A stretch of 64,000 bases of DNA from the IMG/VR virus record IMGVR_UViG_3300049198_000021, positions 96,001 to 160,000 of that record. One strand, given 5' to 3'. The position numbers and the translations under genes are program-made. The DNA is from a virus. Taxonomy: Duplodnaviria; Caudoviricetes. Positions 29,401 through 38,752 of this stretch are shown here, in pieces (position 1 is the stretch's first letter; every line of letters begins with the position of its first letter). The notes beneath the pieces are model-generated. The model was not told where the DNA came from. It ran no database searches and saw only the letters and a list, made by a program, of their open reading frames with translations.

Positions 29401-29993
29401 CCAACTATGCGTTACGGAACCACCAGCCGAACGAACTCTTCCTGCTGCTGGAACCTGAGGCGGTTACATCGTTCCCACGCCCGCCTGAGGCTTATGTGAC
29501 AACAACCGAGTTCTTGGCGGTCACACCGGGGCAGTTAATCACAGATGCAATCCCGGTTCTGGCGTCGCTCCAGCCCCGCGATCTCATGCCTTACACCCCT
29601 GAGGACATCAAGATCGACGACGACGGATCGGATGTGACCATTACGGTCCAGCGCCGATCGCGTATCATCGCCCCACTCCGTGACGGAATCAGTAACATCC
29701 ACTTCAAGGAAGGCGCGAAACAGACATCCAAGATCGCATGTCAGATTTGGCCGGGACGTGGCTTTGAGGTGGTAGATACAGCGCTACCGCCAACCTTGGT
29801 TGAGAATGTTTCGATCTTCGATGCTAATGGACAGGACCTACCATTAGAGATCATCTTCCCGCTTTCTACCTTAGGCGCATCAACCGTCTTCCTAGCCCGG
29901 ATCACAGAGCAGGGCGTGGTCGATGGTATTGCCAAGTGGATCAAGTTTGAACGGGTGGGCGCGGGACGTTGGAACCAGACCGAATTTTATTGA
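26433..29993 (+). CDS. Tail tip / host-specificity protein (megatron-like), copy 2
   Basis: Paralog of 22362-25964: conserved N- and C-terminal parts, divergent middle. Confidence 0.85.
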   Translation: MGQLVTTIVGGVIGFLIGGPMGASIGMALGGMVGATLFGPTIKGPRLNDLKVSSSTYGIAIPEIYGTVRLSTNLIWTTGIKETKKTRRAGKGGPKVETYSYDASFALGLCKGPIREILRIWADSKLIYDVSNNGTRNPLNAGQSGILAPVLLSFRTGGTKKKRVNLRIYLGNEEQLPDSLIEADKGVGNVSAHRGLAYVVFERLQLEDFGNRIPQFTMEVTKAPAEAFPSVEQKEGPAGTVAQPDARNWFPDWENGKVYSSIISNDAEDAYTEVFDLNTMQNMQRWDRSNMWFTGRYGFAPWAGIFMQDDGGGNSRPLGVYSLSTGARIGLYGQSSRSLSGYYVESGPARGALAVAANFGNQATVTLDGKYIMLAGWTRDNWILTRGGTPVGWYEGAWSPFHLMPALGSVWGWRSGNSGLQIADFISGGIGQYSLAPPDSNGNVFWRQGGSLAFDTTLRPLPGETYVPSICLFDPSDGHFFSIGRSNNGSRSIPVAFKYSPITGLYKFINADPEILVPNGPMQWSRLNGGTFGYIADSLNRNVKVNLQQINLQNGEIVRDSRYGSTWGGPIYVRADQHWDDVSSSIITTTKDTFRRIWFNSNAKAVRLSDVVRDIATKSNVLTVDELDTTNLFDQEIIGFSIDRQSSAMDALKLLATGYMFDAYESDYKLKFRTRGRDSEVVIPQDWIARSSDEFIKENIVQELEMPLKVTVNYYDTARDHQQGSQSSRRNAGPFPTMWTAKEDIIDLPLVWTPDMAKQSADKLLKMAWANRVGLQFTLPWRYLKYEPSDIITLTTDTATYFTRLTETTIGQDFSIEASGVTDKASAYVSTKVGSRVDSPEQIIEEGYPAFPIVINTPLLRDEDYDTSGASICFVSAGTNAFTFSGAAIYVYDGIEDQRIGFIGADTVRGRVINELPYTTAYESTDETTVLKVVLNNPNDELESVTQLDMLNFDMNAALVGEEVIQFRDAVQQPDGEWWLTGLRRARRGTNYALRNHQPNELFLLLEPEAVTSFPRPPEAYVTTTEFLAVTPGQLITDAIPVLASLQPRDLMPYTPEDIKIDDDGSDVTITVQRRSRIIAPLRDGISNIHFKEGAKQTSKIACQIWPGRGFEVVDTALPPTLVENVSIFDANGQDLPLEIIFPLSTLGASTVFLARITEQGVVDGIAKWIKFERVGAGRWNQTEFY

Positions 29994-30018
29994 CAACCAC
30001 TGCCATTTTAGCTATACA
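29990..30018 (+). promoter_or_regulatory. Promoter overlapping a stop codon, box in spacer
   Basis: TTGACA-ac-CACTGCCATTTT-agc-TATACA. Confidence 0.75.
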
Positions 30019-30042
30019 CTGGCACCCGCATAGAGAGACTTA

Positions 30043-33000
30043 ATGCCAACCACCCCCATCCTCGGTATCACGCAGGTCTCGACTTCCCAAAACGGAAAAG
30101 AGACCACGATCAACGACGCCATCGTGGCGTTGGAAAACGCGACCAACGCAAAGTTGGCCGTGTCGATGGCGGCTGGTAACGTCACGCTCAGCGTCCCGGA
30201 AGCAACACGTAACTTCATTTTCACTGCTGCGGGCGCGACGGCGGCTCGCGAACTGATCTTCCCGACCGAAGTAAACGGGAACCCCTACGACCGAGTCATC
30301 GTGGTTCGCAACCTGAGTGGACACGGGCTGACGGTTCGGTTTGCTTCCGGCGGCGGTGATACAGTCACGATCCCCAATGGTGAATCGCGCTTGATCAGCG
30401 CCGCCGACGGCCTTGACATGAGCGTCGCGGCTGAGCCTCCGAGCGTCATCACGTTCCTGTCGTTGACAGATGCACCAGAGACCTACACCGGCCAGACCGG
30501 AAAGTTCCTGTCGGTCAACGACACCGAGACTGCACTGGAGTTCACAGATGCGGCGGTGTTCCCGACTCTTGTCGGTAACGCAAACCGATTCTTGCGGGTT
30601 AACGCAGGGGCAACCGGTGTTGAGTGGGCCGTCGTCGATTTCGCAGGCACCTTCACCGAACTGACTGATACCCCAGCGAGCTATGCTGGTCAGGGTGGAA
30701 AACTGGTTAGGGTTAATGACCTCGCAACCGGTCTGGAGTTTGTTGATGCAACCGATGCGGAAGCGGTAAACTTCCAACTCGCCAGCCGCTGGCGTCTGCT
30801 CTTGCTTGAGCCGGGTATCTGGCCTGAAAACCCTCCGGGTGTTGGGCCGGGCGATCCTGAGTTCATCGAGCAGACCGATCAGGTAGGTTTCGGAGAGATT
30901 GAGTTTCTGGACCAAGACGACGTTGATCTGACCGGCGGCGGGACTGCATCAGCTTCCAACTTCTTGACCGGCAACGAACCGAGTCGGGCATTCAACAACC
31001 TCACCACACCTGCGGACGGGTGGCTGACGGAAGAAACCTTTGTCGGCGCGGTCTGGATCGAATATGACTTCGGGGCTCCGGTATCCCCGCGTCGCGTGCG
31101 GCTGTCTTCGATCAACACGTTCCCACAATATGGGCCTTCTCGTTTCCTGATTCAGTATTGGGACGGAAGCGCTTGGATCAGCTTGGGCGACCGCTCACCA
31201 GCGCCTTGGGCAACGACCACAACGCAGACTTTCAAGATCAACGGCATCCCGCTCGATGTTCTTGAAGAAGCACCTGCGAATGGTTCGCTGTATGGGCGTA
31301 AAGATGGGGAGTGGTTCAAGATCAACTCGGAAGTCGTGTCGGACAACACGACTACCAGTAATCTGGATGCGACCCAGACTTTCCAATACCGTCGTTACAT
31401 CAACGCAGGCACCAAAATCCTCAACATCCGGGCCAACGTCGATCACCCGATGCCGGCCGATGGTGAGTGGTATATCTACAATGCCAACGGAGCCGCACTG
31501 ACTATCACACCCGCTGTGGGTGTGACTGTCAATGCACCGGCCGAAGGATCGCTGATTGTCCCGCTAAACGGAACGGTGCGGATCAAGCGGATCGCCGTGG
31601 ATGTTTACGATGTGTTCGGCGACACCGTATCGTCGGGAGCAATTGGTGGTGAGGAAATCCCCAGCATCATTGGGAATGCCTCCAAAATCCTTGCCGTAAA
31701 GTCGGACGCGAGCGGACTGGAGTGGATCGCACAAGCAGTCCCATACTCCGATGAGAACGCCCGCGACGCGATCGCCGCCGCGCTGGTGGCCGGCACCAAC
31801 GTTACGATCACCAACAACGACGCTGCCAACACGATCACGATCTCGGCTGCCTCGATCGGCCTAAACGCTGAGGAAGTCCGAGACACTATCGGAGCAGCCC
31901 TTCGCGCCGGGACGAATATGTCTTGGTCGATCAACGACACCGGCGACACGATCACGGTCTCTACCAGTGCCTTGGATGCCGAAGGTGTCCGGGACACAAT
32001 CGGTGCTGCCTTGGTGGCTGGTGCCAATATCGCAATCAGCGTCAACGATACCGCCAACACAATCGCGGTGGCGGCGACCATGGATCAGGAAGTGATCCGG
32101 GACACTATCGCTGATGCCTTGGTGGCTGGCTCCAACATCATCATCACCCATGATGATGTCGCTAACACGATCACCATCGATTCGCTCGGTGGTGGTGGCG
32201 GCGGCGGTCTGGATGCGGAAGCTGTTCGCGATGTGGTTGGAGCGGCTTTGGTGGCTGGCTCGAACATCACAATCAACGTGAACGACGCGGCCGACACCAT
32301 CACGATCGACTCGGCGACCGACCCTGAGGTTGTTCGCGACACGATCGCGTCCGCACTGGTCGCAGGCTCCAACGTCACGATCACGAACAACGACGGGGCC
32401 AACACCATCACCTTCGCGGTGACAATGGATCAGGAAGTCATCCGGGACACGATCGGCGCAACGCTGGTGGCCGGTGCCAACGTCACGATCACGGCCGACG
32501 ACGCAGCCAATACGATCACTATCGCATCGACCGGCGGCGGTGGTGGCGGGACCGACCCGGAAGTCGTTCGTGATACTATCGCGGCGGCGCTGGTTGCTGG
32601 TGCCAACGTCACCATCACACCCAACGATCTGGGAGATACTATCACCATTGCCGCATCCGGCGGTCTGGATGCCGAGGCTGTTCGCGACACGATTGGGAGC
32701 GCGTTGGTGGCAGGCACCAATGTGACTATCGATGTTAACGACGCGGCCAACACGATTACGATCAACTCGGCGACGAACGCAGAAACGATCCGCGACACCA
32801 TGGCAACGGCGCTGGTGGCCGGCTCCAACGTCACGATTACCCCTAACGATGCTGCTGACACAATCACCATTGCAGCGGCGACCGATCAGGAAGTGGTTCG
32901 CGATACGGTTGCAACTGCTCTCGTAGCGGGCCCAAACGTCACCATCACGGTCAACGATGCTGCTGATACGATCACCATTGAAGCAGAAAACGCGGCGAAT

Positions 33001-34422
33001 GATCCAGAGTTCATCCGAGACACCATCGCTGATGCTCTGCTGGCTGGTGATAATGTCACGATCGTTCATAATGATTTTGATAACACGATTACGATCAGTT
33101 CGACCGGAGGCGGCGGTGGCGGCGGTGGTGGCGGAGGCGTCGGCTTAATAACGCCTACAATCAGGACCACACCAACACCACTGTCGTTCAACTCCGCGTC
33201 ACAAGTGGTCGATATACCACCCAGTGCTGTGGTGGGTGATGCTATGTTTCTTTTCTGTTCACACGGTTTTGAAGCAATCACCCCCACTGGATGGTTGGAA
33301 CTTTTCCGAGACACCACGACACTACAGGTTCGGGGAGCGATCTTTCTTCGTATCCTGACCTCGGGGGATATTACGGCAGGGACTGTCACCGTAACCTTCG
33401 CTGGTTCTTTCAACGGGGTTATTCAACCTGTCGTTATTGAGGGAGATACGATTAGCTCGATTCGGGATATTCAGACGGTAGCATCAGGCACTGGCAGCAC
33501 CACGATGCCCCTGATTGCTTATCCGAACGAAACTGACTTGGTTCTGGGCTTTGCGGCCAACCGGGCTACGTCGAACAATACCCTAGACTCTCCGTGGGTA
33601 ACCCTGCGAAGCTTAAACGCAGCATCAGCATCCTCAGTTTTCGGACGGATCAGCAACCCTGATTATGTCGTCACGACTCCAGCCACAGCGTCGTCGGCAG
33701 GATCGGGTTATTTTACCGCGACTGTTGTTCTGGGAGGGAAACAAACACGGACGACCGGCTTCTACGCGATCACGGAAATTGCTACTACCCTTTACGACTT
33801 AGACACGAACGACGCGGGAAGCTATCTCAGATTCACGGCGGCTACTGCCAAGACGATGAGTGTTCGTGCTGATGCGACACATGCACTTCTGGACGATAGT
33901 GAGTGGCATATCCGAAACGCAGGGGCCGGTAACCTGACACTCTCACCGGCCGGCGGTGTTACGATCACGCCCCCGGCAGGTGGATCACTGATCATCCCAC
34001 CAGATGGTGTCGCAACGCTCAAAAGAATTGCAGTGGATACCTTCGATTTGATGGGAACCACCGTGAGTGAAGCTGTCGGCGTCCCGTATGCCCTTCCTTT
34101 TGGGTTTGTCGCCAAGCCTCTTGGAAATGCTACAGTGCTTATCCACGTCTTCACTGAGGATGTTCTGTTTGCGGCTGACTTTGCTCTTTCTCGCGGAGGT
34201 GTTGCAACCAACCCTACTGCTACTGCTTCTCTTTCGATCCGAAAGAATGGAAGCGCCGTGGGTGGAATTGGCATTACCACCGGTGGGGTCGTTTCATTCT
34301 TCACATCCGGCGGGACTCCGGTGTCTTTCGTCGCTGGGGATGTGTTGACCGTGGTGGCTCAAGACCCGGCTGACCTCACCCTTGCTAATTCAGCTTTCAC
34401 CCTACGTGGAACGAGAACCTAA
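30043..34422 (+). CDS. Long tail fibre protein
   Basis: Anchor N-terminus, LTD.P..Y.GQ repeats, discoidin-like domain, 12 internal repeats, Gly hinges. Confidence 0.85.
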   Translation: MPTTPILGITQVSTSQNGKETTINDAIVALENATNAKLAVSMAAGNVTLSVPEATRNFIFTAAGATAARELIFPTEVNGNPYDRVIVVRNLSGHGLTVRFASGGGDTVTIPNGESRLISAADGLDMSVAAEPPSVITFLSLTDAPETYTGQTGKFLSVNDTETALEFTDAAVFPTLVGNANRFLRVNAGATGVEWAVVDFAGTFTELTDTPASYAGQGGKLVRVNDLATGLEFVDATDAEAVNFQLASRWRLLLLEPGIWPENPPGVGPGDPEFIEQTDQVGFGEIEFLDQDDVDLTGGGTASASNFLTGNEPSRAFNNLTTPADGWLTEETFVGAVWIEYDFGAPVSPRRVRLSSINTFPQYGPSRFLIQYWDGSAWISLGDRSPAPWATTTTQTFKINGIPLDVLEEAPANGSLYGRKDGEWFKINSEVVSDNTTTSNLDATQTFQYRRYINAGTKILNIRANVDHPMPADGEWYIYNANGAALTITPAVGVTVNAPAEGSLIVPLNGTVRIKRIAVDVYDVFGDTVSSGAIGGEEIPSIIGNASKILAVKSDASGLEWIAQAVPYSDENARDAIAAALVAGTNVTITNNDAANTITISAASIGLNAEEVRDTIGAALRAGTNMSWSINDTGDTITVSTSALDAEGVRDTIGAALVAGANIAISVNDTANTIAVAATMDQEVIRDTIADALVAGSNIIITHDDVANTITIDSLGGGGGGGLDAEAVRDVVGAALVAGSNITINVNDAADTITIDSATDPEVVRDTIASALVAGSNVTITNNDGANTITFAVTMDQEVIRDTIGATLVAGANVTITADDAANTITIASTGGGGGGTDPEVVRDTIAAALVAGANVTITPNDLGDTITIAASGGLDAEAVRDTIGSALVAGTNVTIDVNDAANTITINSATNAETIRDTMATALVAGSNVTITPNDAADTITIAAATDQEVVRDTVATALVAGPNVTITVNDAADTITIEAENAANDPEFIRDTIADALLAGDNVTIVHNDFDNTITISSTGGGGGGGGGGGVGLITPTIRTTPTPLSFNSASQVVDIPPSAVVGDAMFLFCSHGFEAITPTGWLELFRDTTTLQVRGAIFLRILTSGDITAGTVTVTFAGSFNGVIQPVVIEGDTISSIRDIQTVASGTGSTTMPLIAYPNETDLVLGFAANRATSNNTLDSPWVTLRSLNAASASSVFGRISNPDYVVTTPATASSAGSGYFTATVVLGGKQTRTTGFYAITEIATTLYDLDTNDAGSYLRFTAATAKTMSVRADATHALLDDSEWHIRNAGAGNLTLSPAGGVTITPPAGGSLIIPPDGVATLKRIAVDTFDLMGTTVSEAVGVPYALPFGFVAKPLGNATVLIHVFTEDVLFAADFALSRGGVATNPTATASLSIRKNGSAVGGIGITTGGVVSFFTSGGTPVSFVAGDVLTVVAQDPADLTLANSAFTLRGTRT
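31744..33140 (+). repeat. 12 tandem ~36-43 aa repeats (D.E.VRDTI..ALVAG.NVTIT.ND..NTITI)
   Basis: Counted directly in the translation. Confidence 0.9.
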
Positions 34423-34423
34423 A

Positions 34424-35476
34424 ATGTCGCTACTTAACTATGAACACTTCGACCTATACGGAACTGTATTAGCTAACCTCGTTCTTCGGGGTTACGTAGC
34501 TGTTAGCGGCGCTATCGGAACCGGCACAGTCCGAACAGGCGGCGCTGTTTGGACAGTAGGGCAAGCCGGTGGGGCTAATGCTTCTTTGACATTCCCGTTA
34601 CCGGGGGCAGCAAGAACCGTTTGCGGACAAGGCTGTGCGCTTCGTATTCAAAACGCAGTCAATACTGCGACCGATGCATCGAATAATCCGGGTATATATT
34701 TCGGGGACGCCGCTTCAATCTTTGCGATCCGCTGCATTGTGAATCAAAATAATACGATCACTGTCTATCAAGGGACTACATTGCGTGGGACAAGCGCACC
34801 CAACGTTATTACTGCGGGGACGTGGTTTTGGATCGAAGGCAAGGTCATTACTGGTTCGGGTGTGGCGGGCGCTGGTTCGGTAGAGGTCCGTATCAATGGC
34901 GTATCGATCCTGACCGTGACTGGTTTGACAATAGCCAGCAACATTACTCGTTGTGCCATCGGGACGGCTGGGGCAAATAGTGGTTGGTCCAATATGTTTG
35001 TTGATGACTGGATCATCTGGGATACTGCTGGGAGCCAGAACAACGATTGGTTTGGTGATACGTTCGTTCTTGTCTCCGCGCCCGAATCGGACGGAGCAAC
35101 AAGCGATTGGGTGCCATCCACAGGCACTACTCGTTGGCCCCTGATCGACGAAACAACCCCACTGGATACCGATTTCATTACCGGTAACGCAGTCAACGAC
35201 ACACAGGAATGCAACACAGCCGCAGTCTCTTTGCCGGCCGGAGGCTCAGTTGTTGCGGTGGCGTCTCAGGCACGGGCTCTCAAGACGGACGCAGGTGCAT
35301 CCTCGATTTCGTTGGGAGTAGCTAGTGTTGCATCAAATAACTCCGGACCAGACATAGCTCTCGGGACCGGCGCGTCAGTCCGTTCGCATATTGCTGAACT
35401 GAACCCAGATGGTAACATCGCTTGGACGGTAAGCACAGCCCAAGCAGCCCGATTCAGAGTCCGTAGAACGGCATGA
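34424..35476 (+). CDS. Putative fibre-associated/receptor-binding protein
   Basis: 350 aa; GTWFWIEGKV...VEVRING lectin-like pattern; follows the fibre. Confidence 0.6.
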   Translation: MSLLNYEHFDLYGTVLANLVLRGYVAVSGAIGTGTVRTGGAVWTVGQAGGANASLTFPLPGAARTVCGQGCALRIQNAVNTATDASNNPGIYFGDAASIFAIRCIVNQNNTITVYQGTTLRGTSAPNVITAGTWFWIEGKVITGSGVAGAGSVEVRINGVSILTVTGLTIASNITRCAIGTAGANSGWSNMFVDDWIIWDTAGSQNNDWFGDTFVLVSAPESDGATSDWVPSTGTTRWPLIDETTPLDTDFITGNAVNDTQECNTAAVSLPAGGSVVAVASQARALKTDAGASSISLGVASVASNNSGPDIALGTGASVRSHIAELNPDGNIAWTVSTAQAARFRVRRTA

Positions 35477-35694
35477 GCAATACTCGGGTAACCCAAGGCC
35501 ATAAGGTTATCGTCGCTGCTGGCGGTCAAGCCCCAGCACGAGTTACCCAAGGCCATAAGATCATCGTCGCAGCCGGCGGGACATCCCCCGCTGTGGTGGC
35601 GCAAGCTTGCAAGGTTATTATCTTTTGCCCAAACCGACCCGAGCCGGACCCGGTGACACCGGCTGGGCAGAATTTCATGTCTTCTGTCCCTTAG
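35473..35694 (+). CDS. Small repeat-containing virion protein
   Basis: RVTQGHK.IVAAGG twice plus a degenerate third copy. Confidence 0.6.
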   Translation: MSNTRVTQGHKVIVAAGGQAPARVTQGHKIIVAAGGTSPAVVAQACKVIIFCPNRPEPDPVTPAGQNFMSSVP

Positions 35695-35701
35695 GATAAA
35701 T

Positions 35702-37162
35702 ATGAACCCCGGTATTTTATCATCTCCAATCGTGTTTGGTCTGGTCAACGGGCAGGGTCTAATCCCTGATCCGGTAGCAATCGAATCGGTTTTCAGCGCG
35801 GAGATTAACGCGACCAGCACAGGAACTCGGACGATTAACATCGGACCCGAGTTTGTGGGGCGCTTCTTCGTGGTTTCATGGTTTACTACCAGAGGTGTTG
35901 TTACCGGACTCCCATCCGGTGAGGTTTTTCAAGTTAATGGTGTAGCACATCCTTTTACCAACGTCGGTGAAACTGCATATGGCTTCCAATACCATGCGCT
36001 CGTTGTTGCAGCCGGAACGTCCATGACTCTTCTTTTCAGTAGCTCCAGTGCTGATGTCAGGCGTTTTAATGTCTGGAAAATTGGAACTTCTGAAAATCCG
36101 GGACAAATTGTTGAAGCAGCGACAGTAACCAGCGCCGCTATCACAACGAGTTTGGTAGCGCCCTTGCGCAGCAGTTTTATCACGCCTGACACAAAAGTCA
36201 TCGCTGTGGCCGGGGCACGGCCACAGCTTTCAGGCACTACTTATGAAGGCTCTTGGTTAGTGCCTTCTACGGTAGATCAAGAGACCCACCGAGCAGAGTC
36301 CACAAGAGTTCAGGTCGCCGAAGGGACGGTCCCCGAGGGGGTAACCTCGTTTACGCTTCCAGATACTACACCAACGGCAAGAAGCAAAGCCGCTAGTTAT
36401 TATCAAATAAGGCAAGCACCTCCCACAGAAGGTCCGTTCAATCTCAACGAACTTAACCTGAAATATCGGTTCAATGCTGACTTTGGCTGCTTCCGCGACT
36501 TGGAAGAAATCATTCCGTGCTACGACGGAGACGGAGTAGCGATTTGGAAAAACACTGGGACATCTGTTGACGCCAAGCAAACGATTAAGGCTCGCCGACC
36601 TACCTTAAAAACCGGAGGGGTCAACGGCCATAATTATATTGAGTGTCTTCGGGATAACCAACAACATTTTGAAGACCTCCTTGATCTTCCTCAAGCTAGT
36701 GGTCTTACGGGGTGGACTCCGTTGACGCTGACCATGGTGGTTCAGTTCTACAACTATGATCAAATGAATCCAATTATCAGCGACGGTGGTGATCTTTCAT
36801 ACAAGAGCGATTTCCACATTCGGACAACAGGAATAGCACGATTACACAAAGGGACTGACAATTGTCGATCTGTCCCGGCTAATCAGTTGGTAGTCTTATC
36901 AGCACGTATTAGAAATAATACGAATGCTGATTATATGCTAAACGGAGTTGCAACCACATGCTCAATGGGTGGTAACTCACCATCAGCGGGTCAAACAGTT
37001 ACCCAGTTCCTCCGCTCTACTGGTGTCCTCGGTCCGGGTTACTTCCACGGCCGTCTCTACGAGCTTATGATCTATCACGATACACCAGCGGTAGGGACAC
37101 TAGGTTACGAATCTACGCAGCGTTACTTAATGCAAAAATATGGCATCCCCCTTACATATTGA
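35702..37162 (+). CDS. Putative secondary receptor-binding protein
   Basis: 486 aa, AT-richer; C-terminal ConA/LamG-like pattern (V..WKN.G...A.Q....RP, F.G.LYEL.IY). Confidence 0.6.
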   Translation: MNPGILSSPIVFGLVNGQGLIPDPVAIESVFSAEINATSTGTRTINIGPEFVGRFFVVSWFTTRGVVTGLPSGEVFQVNGVAHPFTNVGETAYGFQYHALVVAAGTSMTLLFSSSSADVRRFNVWKIGTSENPGQIVEAATVTSAAITTSLVAPLRSSFITPDTKVIAVAGARPQLSGTTYEGSWLVPSTVDQETHRAESTRVQVAEGTVPEGVTSFTLPDTTPTARSKAASYYQIRQAPPTEGPFNLNELNLKYRFNADFGCFRDLEEIIPCYDGDGVAIWKNTGTSVDAKQTIKARRPTLKTGGVNGHNYIECLRDNQQHFEDLLDLPQASGLTGWTPLTLTMVVQFYNYDQMNPIISDGGDLSYKSDFHIRTTGIARLHKGTDNCRSVPANQLVVLSARIRNNTNADYMLNGVATTCSMGGNSPSAGQTVTQFLRSTGVLGPGYFHGRLYELMIYHDTPAVGTLGYESTQRYLMQKYGIPLTY

Positions 37163-37169
37163 GGTAAAC

Positions 37170-38003
37170 ATGAAAGTAGTAAATCATCTTCTCGAAGGCG
37201 TCGCGGTCAAGCGATCGCCCAACATCTCTGGTATGATGACACCGACCGGCGCAATCATGCACTACACCGCCAGTGTGAATGCCGCTGGTGCGATCGCAAC
37301 CTTGTGCAATCCATCCGCCAAGGTATCCGCCCATCTGGTGATCGACACCGACGGGACGATCACCCAGCTTGTTCCCTTCAACCGGGTTGCATGGCACGCC
37401 GGTCCATCGAAACTTGGCGGAAGGACGGGGTGTAACAACTTCACCATCGGTTTCGAGTTCGTCAATCCGGGCTTCTTCCGGATCGGTAAGGACGGGACGA
37501 TCATGGATTGGACCGGAAAGACCGCTGTGCCCAAGGCAACGCTGGAACGGTTTGATCTCAGCCTGCGAGCGCCCAACCGCAAGATCGGCGGCGGGACTTT
37601 CATCTGGCCGGGCTACAGCAAGGCCCAGATCAACGCCGGACTGGCAGCACTCCGCGCCATCAAGGAAGCCTACGGGATCACTCTGATCGCCGGCCACGAA
37701 GACATCGACACGCGTGGTTGGAAGACTGATCCGGGCCCGGCCTTCCCCATGGGTGAGTTCAAGGCCGTCGTTCATGGCGGTGAGGATCGATCGGATGGCA
37801 TGAAGCCTGTCAAGAGCCGCTTCCTCGTCAACACGCCGAAGCTCAACGTCCGAGCAGCCCCCAACGGCTCCGGCGCAATCCTGACCACTCTGTCAGGTGG
37901 CTCAGAGGTGGTTGTCATTGAAGACCTCGGCGCATGGAGCCATGTCGAATATGCACCGGGCAAGCGTGGTTATCTCGCCGACCAATTCCTCAAGAAAGGA
38001 TAA
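37170..38003 (+). CDS. Endolysin: N-acetylmuramoyl-L-alanine amidase (Amidase_2) plus SH3b
   Basis: HYTA, SAHLVI, AWHAG, IGFE, GHED, KTDPG; C-terminal LNVRAAP...GY. Confidence 0.9.
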   Translation: MKVVNHLLEGVAVKRSPNISGMMTPTGAIMHYTASVNAAGAIATLCNPSAKVSAHLVIDTDGTITQLVPFNRVAWHAGPSKLGGRTGCNNFTIGFEFVNPGFFRIGKDGTIMDWTGKTAVPKATLERFDLSLRAPNRKIGGGTFIWPGYSKAQINAGLAALRAIKEAYGITLIAGHEDIDTRGWKTDPGPAFPMGEFKAVVHGGEDRSDGMKPVKSRFLVNTPKLNVRAAPNGSGAILTTLSGGSEVVVIEDLGAWSHVEYAPGKRGYLADQFLKKG

Positions 38004-38006
38004 GAC

Positions 38007-38441
38007 ATGGTTCTTCCCGCATTACCCGCAATGGTTGGTATCAAGGCTTTTCTCGGAAGCAAGAAGTTCCTGATCCCAGTAGCCATCATCACCTTGCTTC
38101 TGGCGATTGGCGGCGGCACCTACTTCTACCTCAACCACCAGCAGAAGGAAGCCGTCACAGCAGCGGTGGAAGCGGCTGACAGCAACGCCACCATCCAGAC
38201 CTACGAGACCAAGGAAATCATCAACACCCGGACCATCGAAGTCGATCGCCGCTTCGAAGAACTCCAGCGTCAAACCATCGAGGATTACAACAATGTCCGC
38301 AACCAAATCAACAACGCTCCGCCGGCCGATCTTGCGTCGCCCGCTCCTCCTCTGCTCATTGATACTCTCAATGAGCTTGACCGCTTGCGCCAGCAGAGAC
38401 GCACGGGTGGAGTTCCTGACGCCGACGTTCCGGTCGGATGA
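38007..38441 (+). CDS. Inner-membrane spanin (Rz-like)
   Basis: N-terminal TM plus periplasmic helix; directly after the endolysin. Confidence 0.7.
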   Translation: MVLPALPAMVGIKAFLGSKKFLIPVAIITLLLAIGGGTYFYLNHQQKEAVTAAVEAADSNATIQTYETKEIINTRTIEVDRRFEELQRQTIEDYNNVRNQINNAPPADLASPAPPLLIDTLNELDRLRQQRRTGGVPDADVPVG

Positions 38442-38637
38442 ACTGGTTTGCATGGATGCGCCTGCCGGGCAGCTTCCATCAGACACAGCGCTGGCGATCG
38501 CTATCGAGCGGGTTGTCGGGATCGATGAAGCTGGTGAAGACTGCCGCCAGCGGCTCGATCGGGTGAAGACCAAGATCGAAATCTTCAACGAGGTGGTGGC
38601 GGCAATCAACGCCGGTAAGGAACCGAAAAAGGATTGA
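38293..38637 (+). CDS. Outer-membrane spanin lipoprotein (Rz1-like)
   Basis: Overlaps the Rz gene in another frame; GAGGA RBS; lipobox LTAC. Confidence 0.7.
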   Translation: MSATKSTTLRRPILRRPLLLCSLILSMSLTACASRDARVEFLTPTFRSDELVCMDAPAGQLPSDTALAIAIERVVGIDEAGEDCRQRLDRVKTKIEIFNEVVAAINAGKEPKKD

Positions 38638-38662
38638 CAACCACCGCCATTCTGAATATACA
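38634..38662 (+). promoter_or_regulatory. thyX promoter, box in spacer
   Basis: TTGACA-ac-CACCGCCATTCT-gaa-TATACA. Confidence 0.75.
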
Positions 38663-38752
38663 GTCCGTCTTGCAAGAGCGAAAGGCGGGGGAACGTCACT
38701 CACCTTACGGGGTCACACGTCCCGCCAAGTAGCTCCCGTCCTAGGAACACCA

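Noticed and set aside
22362-29993. Invertase-type tail switching
   Set aside because: The copies are direct, with no recombinase or inverted crossover sites seen
31744-33140. Tandem repeats as a CRISPR array or DGR template
   Set aside because: Repeats are in-frame, degenerate at synonymous positions, with no unique spacers, cas genes or reverse transcriptase
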